A DNA stretch of 64,000 bases, taken from the IMG/VR virus record IMGVR_UViG_3300043028_000007, positions 86,239-150,238 of that record; one strand, 5' to 3'. Numbering within the stretch: the stretch's first letter is position 1; the number at the start of each line of letters is the position of its first letter. The notes beneath the pieces were generated by a model, which was not told where the DNA came from, searched no databases, and was given only the letters and a program-made list of their open reading frames with translations. Source of the stretch: a virus. Of the stretch, positions 57,751 to 64,000 are shown piece by piece. The translations under genes were made by a program, and so were the position numbers.

Positions 57751-59493
57751 TCACTTTTGTCTGGATTTGATACAGAATCGACCGATTCTCCACGGACAAC
57801 TAATGCCATTAGTTCCTCCTTTACCAAAAACTATTGGGATATCGTTTTTAGTTAAATGTTTATTTATGTAGTTGTAATATAATGGGTAAGCTATAGTTTT
57901 ATCTGGATTATTGATATCTATTATTTCATCGTCTTTATGTAACTCATCTAAATCCGAATATTTTATTCCATCTATATACCCACTGTTACCTATAGATAGC
58001 TTTTCTTTTAAACCATATATCGAATAAGTATAGTCGTTATTGTATCTAACTGAATTACTAATGGAAATATAACCCATCTTTAATAATCGGTTTATATTCA
58101 TACATATAGTTATTCCAAAAAATTTATGGCACATCAATAACAGCGGAATCATTTTAGGATGGAGAACATCGAACTTTATACATTCAGATATAACTAAATG
58201 ATATCTCCGATATGCAACATCAGTATTAATGGTTATATTTAAGTCTGTATCAAACTCAATTATACTGGGATCTAATCTAGTGTCGTTGGAATAGATATCT
58301 ATGTTAAATAAGCCTTCTCTATATAAACTGCCTTTGCCTTGTAACATAAAAGCATCGAATACGAATGGATGTATGGTACTTTGTTTTATTCGTATATCTC
58401 TTAAATTGAAAGTCGTACTTTCTAAAACTGTACCGTCATCTGCTGTATCTAACAATATGGGAGCTATTAATATGGGTTTATATTCTTTATCAGTAAGATA
58501 GCATTCTGGTAACCAATCGTCGTATTTGTCTGTCCGATGTATCTTATTCGGATATCTTGGATCATTAAGATCGTAATAATGATACTGTTCAATTGCTTTA
58601 TTGTCGTATAAGTACTCTATTTTATTCGGATATTCTTTTGGTTTAGATGGGAGTATGTTGTCTGGTATAAGTTGGTTATCTATTACTAAGGGATAGGTTA
58701 TAGTCAGACTATTTGGCCTAATTATTTGATAAGCATATTCAATAGTAATCATTTGTCTGTCTACAAATCTCTCAACATTCTGTGCTTCTGGCTTAGAAGT
58801 GACGACATTTACTTCGGAGATAACAGCGAAGTCATTTTTTAATATGACTATTTCCGTATCGTTGGTAATGTTTCGTTTAGCATAAGTTATATCGCCATTA
58901 CTTCCATATTTCAAATAATCCAAAAAGGATATCTCTTGTGTAAATTTTCTCAAATGATACAATCTACTTAATACTAACAATATATGATTTGGTAATGGCA
59001 AGCTATATAGCACAGAATTTTGTATCATATATGGTTCGCTACCATAACTATTCAGTAAAATATCTAATGCTCTATATGCCATTACCGTATCTTTGAACAA
59101 TAGTTCTATTGTCAAAGATATAGGACTTAAGTTAGTTTGATAATTTAGCGATATGTCTGCTCTTTTATCATAGAATATAGGAAAATCTGTTTTGGTATAT
59201 TGTTTAGATAAACCTGTATATATAGAATTTTTAAAATTACTATGTTCCCATTTTTTATCCTTAGGATTTATACTTGAGTTCATAATAACATTGACTCTAT
59301 CGTCTGTTATATTTACTGTATTATGATCTGTTCTAGTGTTTCTAGTTAAACTAGTATCTTCTAAATAATGTATATTGTCTCCAAATAAGGCATTTAGACC
59401 ATTATCTTTTAATAAACTATCTACTAACTGCATCGTTACAGGTCTCAATACATGAGTATTTGGATCATCGATTACGTTATATATTGTGGGCAT
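57751..59493 (-). CDS. Putative virion structural protein (580 aa)
   Basis: MP......D....V.RPV, PIFYD and YPLVIDNQ motifs typical of phiKZ-like structural proteins. Confidence 0.55.
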   Translation of the reverse strand: MPTIYNVIDDPNTHVLRPVTMQLVDSLLKDNGLNALFGDNIHYLEDTSLTRNTRTDHNTVNITDDRVNVIMNSSINPKDKKWEHSNFKNSIYTGLSKQYTKTDFPIFYDKRADISLNYQTNLSPISLTIELLFKDTVMAYRALDILLNSYGSEPYMIQNSVLYSLPLPNHILLVLSRLYHLRKFTQEISFLDYLKYGSNGDITYAKRNITNDTEIVILKNDFAVISEVNVVTSKPEAQNVERFVDRQMITIEYAYQIIRPNSLTITYPLVIDNQLIPDNILPSKPKEYPNKIEYLYDNKAIEQYHYYDLNDPRYPNKIHRTDKYDDWLPECYLTDKEYKPILIAPILLDTADDGTVLESTTFNLRDIRIKQSTIHPFVFDAFMLQGKGSLYREGLFNIDIYSNDTRLDPSIIEFDTDLNITINTDVAYRRYHLVISECIKFDVLHPKMIPLLLMCHKFFGITICMNINRLLKMGYISISNSVRYNNDYTYSIYGLKEKLSIGNSGYIDGIKYSDLDELHKDDEIIDINNPDKTIAYPLYYNYINKHLTKNDIPIVFGKGGTNGISCPWRIGRFCIKSRQK

Positions 59494-59616
59494 TTTATAT
59501 TCCTTTTCGAATATATTGATATTTGTCTACTGGCTTATAGCATACTATAATTAGGGCCTTATCATACATAGATATATGATTATTGAAAATATATATTAAA
59601 ATACAAGGAGAAATAA

Positions 59617-60591
59617 ATGCCAAATATCCCAATAGAAGCAATGTTATCTAGTTTAGGTGGAACCAAAGAAGAATGGGAACTTACTTCCCTTCCTATCCCA
59701 GATGGTTTATTAGTATACACTATAGATACTATGGATTTTAAACTAGGCAATGGTACTGATCTATATAAAGATCTACCTGTATTTTTCAATGCGGGTAATA
59801 TGGATAGCGTCAATGAGTTATATGAGAGTTTGCCTAATATAGAAAACTCTGTATATGGTAAATTCATAATAGTTAATCCAGACGGTACCGGATACACTCT
59901 TTCAGATATAACTATAGATCAAGTGGTTACAACTATATATTTAACCAATGCTCTTGCAACTAAAATCAATAAGGAACATACGCATACGGTCGGTGATATA
60001 ACTAACCTTAAATCAGCGGCTACTAGAGACATAGGTACATCTCCGGGTAACGTACCTGTAGTTGGAGAGAATGGTAAATTAGATATGTCTATAGTTCCTA
60101 TAGTAACAGGAGATAGTTTAGATAATGAAAATTTATTATCCTATCTGGTCACTATGCAGTTAGCTGATGATTCAGCTACTAAACTCAGATTACCTAAAGG
60201 ATATGCTGATGAATTTAACGATGAATCTGGTATAGCAACTACTACTGGAACTTATAACGATAACGGATATTATTCAGGTAATAATCTCGAGCTTGTATCT
60301 AAAAATATAACTATTACTGAAACAGAGAACCCTTTATCATGCAATGTCTTTTTGAGATGCTCTTTTGATGGCGATATTGAAGGCAATATATCTGTTTTAG
60401 TTAGTCGAAATAATGGTGTAGATTTCGTCAATGTTCCTTTGGAAGAAAGTAAGATGTCTGGTGAACAAATACGAATACTGACTGGTTTAGGAGATTTTAG
60501 TAATGCTCCTTCTGGAAACGATCTTGTATTCAAAATACAAGGCGGCATCAATAATTTAGATATACATGGAATATGTCTAAGATGGGCATAA
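59617..60591 (+). CDS. Short fibre/appendage paralogue (minimal scaffold of the Kelch-fibre family)
   Basis: W...PIPDG.LVYTIDT..FKLGNG..LY.DLP, HTH, LKSAATRDIGTSPGNVP, VSRNNG, C-terminal IHGICLRW. Confidence 0.7.
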   Translation: MPNIPIEAMLSSLGGTKEEWELTSLPIPDGLLVYTIDTMDFKLGNGTDLYKDLPVFFNAGNMDSVNELYESLPNIENSVYGKFIIVNPDGTGYTLSDITIDQVVTTIYLTNALATKINKEHTHTVGDITNLKSAATRDIGTSPGNVPVVGENGKLDMSIVPIVTGDSLDNENLLSYLVTMQLADDSATKLRLPKGYADEFNDESGIATTTGTYNDNGYYSGNNLELVSKNITITETENPLSCNVFLRCSFDGDIEGNISVLVSRNNGVDFVNVPLEESKMSGEQIRILTGLGDFSNAPSGNDLVFKIQGGINNLDIHGICLRWA

Positions 60592-60601
60592 GGAGGAATG
60601 A

Positions 60602-61018
60602 ATGGCAAATATACATATGACTGCGGCTATTGGTTCTTTCTTAATAGTAGAGGATGAAGCCGATATGATAGGCGTAACTATCACTAAAAAAGGAATCGGC
60701 TTATACTTAAAAGAAAAAGGCCAATTCAAGATAACGGACGGAGTAACTCCTTGTGAAGATTTGCCCAACATAGGTTCACATAAAGCAGTGGGAGAAATAG
60801 GAGTATATACTCCTAATAATGCTCCTTCAGATTACCTTGAATTAGATGGTACTTGGTTATCCAAAACTCTTTATCCAGAGATATATGCTATATTCGGAGA
60901 TACTTATGGAGAAACTTCATCTAGTTTTAAGTTACCAGATACTAGAGAATTATTTTCCTATGGTCATTGGATTATGCCGACACAACTCAATATGAACTAC
61001 TGGATCAAATACAAATAG
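60602..61018 (+). CDS. Phage tail collar domain protein
   Basis: VGEI......APSDYLELDG..LSK..YPE.YAIFG.TYG.....FKLPD.R and terminal NYWIKY; N-terminal FKITDGVT...DLP. Confidence 0.8.
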   Translation: MANIHMTAAIGSFLIVEDEADMIGVTITKKGIGLYLKEKGQFKITDGVTPCEDLPNIGSHKAVGEIGVYTPNNAPSDYLELDGTWLSKTLYPEIYAIFGDTYGETSSSFKLPDTRELFSYGHWIMPTQLNMNYWIKYK

Positions 61019-61032
61019 GGGGAATCTCAATT

Positions 61033-61947
61033 ATGTCTTATCACCATTTTCATCCCGAAACATACGAGTATCTAGGTACGACTAGTCCTAGATTAGACCC
61101 AGAAGCTACTATAGTTTCTGGTATTGATGTATATCTGCCTCCTCCTAATTATGCTACTGAAATTGCTCCTCCCAACTATACTGTACATCAGATACCTATT
61201 TGGAATAATACAGAAAGTACCTGGAGTTTAATCGATGATTATAGAGGAATAGTTTATGATGTCTGGGGAAATGAAATCACATGGGAAAAACTAGGACCTT
61301 TACCTGAAGGAGTCTTTTTAGATATGGAAAATATAACTGATAGTGATAGAAAAGAAGCAAGAATAAGGGAATTAATATCTTATTCTGAACAATTAAAACA
61401 AGGAAATATAAATTATAATGGAGTAACAGTTAATATCAGTGATACAGAATTTAATGATTTTGTGTTAGAGTTAACATGGTTAAATACTAATCCATATGAA
61501 AGGTCTATAAAAGGAAGTATATCAGAAATTAATTATACTTACGATACTACAGAATCTTATTTTACTATAACAGGAACACCTTCTTCTACCATAAGTGAAA
61601 ATTATATCGTAGTATTAAATGATCATATTTTTGAAATAACAAGAATAGATGGAAACACTTATTATACAGATGATATAAATAGACCAGATACAACTGATAT
61701 ATATGTAGTCAATGAACTACATAAACCTAATATAATGGAATATATAGTTAAAACTGAAATTGGATATAATACATATATACTACACAAAGATACGGCTAAT
61801 GATATCTATAATACGATTTTAGATTATAAAAGAAATATAAAACAAACTACTTCTATAAAATTAGACGAAATACTATTGCTTACAAGTAGTTCATTAGACG
61901 ATTATGATATTACAGCAGGATGGCCTAATAATGTATTTGCAGATTAA
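61033..61947 (+). CDS. Tail fibre assembly chaperone (Tfa-like)
   Basis: YH..PET.EYLG.....DP......P..ATEIAPP.......W.....W.LIDDYRG..Y...G.......LGPLP; start re-set to MSYHH. Confidence 0.75.
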   Translation: MSYHHFHPETYEYLGTTSPRLDPEATIVSGIDVYLPPPNYATEIAPPNYTVHQIPIWNNTESTWSLIDDYRGIVYDVWGNEITWEKLGPLPEGVFLDMENITDSDRKEARIRELISYSEQLKQGNINYNGVTVNISDTEFNDFVLELTWLNTNPYERSIKGSISEINYTYDTTESYFTITGTPSSTISENYIVVLNDHIFEITRIDGNTYYTDDINRPDTTDIYVVNELHKPNIMEYIVKTEIGYNTYILHKDTANDIYNTILDYKRNIKQTTSIKLDEILLLTSSSLDDYDITAGWPNNVFAD

Positions 61948-61951
61948 TAAA

Positions 61952-61989
61952 ATATAAGGGATATGGGAAAGTTCCCATATCCCTTATAT
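61952..61989. terminator. Bidirectional terminator hairpin
   Basis: atataagggatatgggaa-ag-ttcccatatcccttatat between convergent genes. Confidence 0.8.
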
Positions 61990-62006
61990 GACGTTATGTG
62001 TTCGGT

Positions 62007-62387
62007 CTAATTCATCCAATTGGGCTTATCTGGCAATACCATAGTTTCAGGAGCATCTAAAAGTGCTTGTCTATATTTTTTTAAATCATTTTTTTGTATA
62101 TCAGTTAATTCTTCATACCTAAGGACACCTTGGTATATATCAACTTCAGATAAAGCTCGATCTCGTCTTATTCTGATCCTTTCGAGTTCCTCTTCTTCTG
62201 ATAATATTTCTTCTACTCTAAAAAATTTACCATTCTGATAACAATTAGCTCCCATCATCAAGGCTTCTTGCCAAACGTCATACTCTACTGGTATACATTT
62301 TTCAAATATACCTTCTTTTTTAGCTCCTTGTAGATCATACCATCCTAATAATCGATTATTGTCAATATCTATATGTGCATAATGCAT
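62007..62387 (-). CDS. Tail fibre assembly chaperone
   Basis: LLGWY, R..RD..L...D, YRQALLDAP....P.KP.W; start re-set to MHYAH with AGGAGG SD. Confidence 0.8.
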   Translation of the reverse strand: MHYAHIDIDNNRLLGWYDLQGAKKEGIFEKCIPVEYDVWQEALMMGANCYQNGKFFRVEEILSEEEELERIRIRRDRALSEVDIYQGVLRYEELTDIQKNDLKKYRQALLDAPETMVLPDKPNWMN

Positions 62388-62401
62388 TTTATCCTCCTTT
62401 T

Positions 62402-64000
62402 CTAATAGCCTATCGCTATCCAATGTACATATCTGTTATGATAAGTGTTTGCTCTTAGTCTATATCGTGCTTGATCTATTATACTAGCTTGTACCTCTGT
62501 ATTAGTTGATGTATACCCTTCTTTACCACTTGCTACAATTGATCTTGCAGCATGTGGGAAAGTTAACGGAAAATTATAATTCCACCACACATCTTCACCG
62601 GGTATATCAGTTCCCCATTGGATAATAAAATTATTAGATAACCTCATATATCCCTTAACGCCAAAAGAACTAGAAACAGTAGTTATAGCACTCATATTGA
62701 CATATATTCTATCATAAGTACCATCAGCTCTATATAAATATATATAATTACCACTTACTCTTAATGGATCAGTGGCATGTAGTAGTGATTTGCTGCCTAA
62801 TAGACCATCTATTTTACTATTAGCGTTATTGGCATATGCTCTAGTAGTAGTAATATAATCTGTTATTTTTTGAAGAGTATTTAATGTAGATGTTGTTACT
62901 AACTTAGTATTTATTGTAGATATATCTGTATCATTGGTATTTATTTGATTTTGTAGATCGGATAATGAAGCAGATAATCCCGCAATACTTGTTATAGTCA
63001 ATGAGTCTAAATCTGCTCTATTTAATTTGATGAAATTTACTATTTCCTGTAATTCATCTAATGCGGTATCATCAGAAGCTAATAGAGCATTTATATTCAA
63101 AATGCTATTTAGGTTTTCCAATATTCTTGTATTGTGATCATTTAGAGTATTCGTTATATCGTTTTGTAAGTCAGGTATAGTGGAATTGTTGATGACATTG
63201 ATACTATTTAAGTTTTCCAATATTCGAGTATCATGATCTGATAAAGTAGTGTTGATAGAGGATATATCAACGTCATTACTATTTATACGAGCATTATGAT
63301 TATTTAACGTAGTATTGATAGAGGATATATCAGTGTCGTTACTACTTATTCGAGTATTGTGATCTGATAAAGTATCATTGATATTGTCTATGTCTGTATC
63401 ATTGTTACCTATTCGTGTATCGTGGTCCGATAAAGTAGTATTGATATTATCTATGTCAGTATCGTTTCCATCTATCTGAGATTGTAAATTGGTTAATCTA
63501 TCGACTAATCCAGCTATACTTTCTACAGTCAATGAATCTAAATCTGCTCTATTTAATTTGATGAAATTTACAATCTCTTGTAGCTCATCGAGTGTTGTGT
63601 CGTCTGAAGCCAACAGAGCCCTTATATCCAAAATACTATTTAAGTTTTCCAATATTCGAGTATCATGATCTGATAAAGTAGTGTTGATGTTATCTATATC
63701 TGTATCGTTAGATAAGATGCGATTGTTGTGATTATTTAATGTAGCATTGATGTTATCGATATCTGTATCGTTGCTATTTATTCGAGTATTGTGATTATCT
63801 AGTGTGGTATTGATAGACGATATATCTGTATCATTGGTATTTATTCGAGTATTGTGATTATCTAGTGTGGTATTGATAGACGATATATCTGTATCATTGG
63901 TATTTATTTGATTTTGTAGATCGGATAATGAAGCAGATAATCCCGCAATACTTGTTATAGTCAATGAGTCTAAATCTGCTCTATTTAATTTGATGAAATT
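62402..64000 (-). CDS. Long coiled-coil tail fibre (5'-truncated by window) with C-terminal receptor-binding-type beta domain
   Basis: Frame open to the window edge; heptad repeats, SDDT.LDELQEIVNFIK neck motifs, C-terminal GY..L.N..IIQWG...FP..FP...WIAIGY. Confidence 0.85.
   Translation of the reverse strand, partial: NFIKLNRADLDSLTITSIAGLSASLSDLQNQINTNDTDISSINTTLDNHNTRINTNDTDISSINTTLDNHNTRINSNDTDIDNINATLNNHNNRILSNDTDIDNINTTLSDHDTRILENLNSILDIRALLASDDTTLDELQEIVNFIKLNRADLDSLTVESIAGLVDRLTNLQSQIDGNDTDIDNINTTLSDHDTRIGNNDTDIDNINDTLSDHNTRISSNDTDISSINTTLNNHNARINSNDVDISSINTTLSDHDTRILENLNSINVINNSTIPDLQNDITNTLNDHNTRILENLNSILNINALLASDDTALDELQEIVNFIKLNRADLDSLTITSIAGLSASLSDLQNQINTNDTDISTINTKLVTTSTLNTLQKITDYITTTRAYANNANSKIDGLLGSKSLLHATDPLRVSGNYIYLYRADGTYDRIYVNMSAITTVSSSFGVKGYMRLSNNFIIQWGTDIPGEDVWWNYNFPLTFPHAARSIVASGKEGYTSTNTEVQASIIDQARYRLRANTYHNRYVHWIAIGY
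62919..64000. repeat. Hierarchical coding repeats: 63-nt (21-aa) tandem units plus an identical block of at least 119 nt repeated 963 nt apart
   Basis: 62919-63037 is identical to 63882-64000; 63777-63839 is identical to 63840-63902. Confidence 0.9.

Noticed and set aside
21891-59580. TATG late promoter motifs upstream of structural genes
   Set aside because: A four-base motif is too frequent in AT-rich DNA to support individual calls
1543-61018. Diversity-generating retroelement acting on the Mtd-like fibres
   Set aside because: No reverse transcriptase and no template/variable repeat pair seen in this window
1532-62238. Numerous 60-134 aa ORFs antisense to or nested in long genes (e.g. 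4733-4966, 7559-7963, 28934-29308, 35153-35464, 60270-60608)
   Set aside because: Shadow frames of real genes, with no SD and S/I/L/F-rich composition
62919-64000. CRISPR-like array
   Set aside because: The repeats are in-frame coding units without unique spacers
1-64000. Alternative genetic code (stop codon reassignment)
   Set aside because: Standard code gives dense full-length ORFs, and TAA, TAG and TGA all end genes

Overview
AT-rich, densely coding 64-kb segment of a phiKZ-like, nucleus-forming jumbo phage (Chimalliviridae-type). It uses the standard genetic code and is mostly on the minus strand. The core block is recognisable from motifs and gene order: chimallin (ChmA), non-virion RNAP subunits (gp55-, gp68-, gp71/73- and gp74-like), an SbcD/Mre11 nuclease, ChmC, PicA/Imp1, a gp70-like protein, an SF2 helicase carrying a 149-aa mini-intein, and the end of a virion RNAP beta-prime subunit at the left edge. 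It also holds baseplate/virion genes, tail fibre and chaperone genes, repeated TATATTAC-type early promoters and about 20 long hairpin terminators. The most unusual items are: (1) a family of fibre-like paralogues on one scaffold into which nothing, one small domain, or giant Kelch beta-propeller arrays (1719 and 2285 aa proteins) are nested; (2) a free-standing protein made of two degenerate intein/Hint domains with no extein; (3) a truncated paralogue of the sigma-like gp68 subunit; (4) a GC-richer early unit with a long structured leader and an NLTPH-family gene, a possible ring nuclease/anti-CRISPR; (5) a ChmC ending in the bacterial SSB tail DDDIPF. All homology calls come from motif recognition and synteny by eye; no searches were run, and phiKZ gp numbers are from memory.
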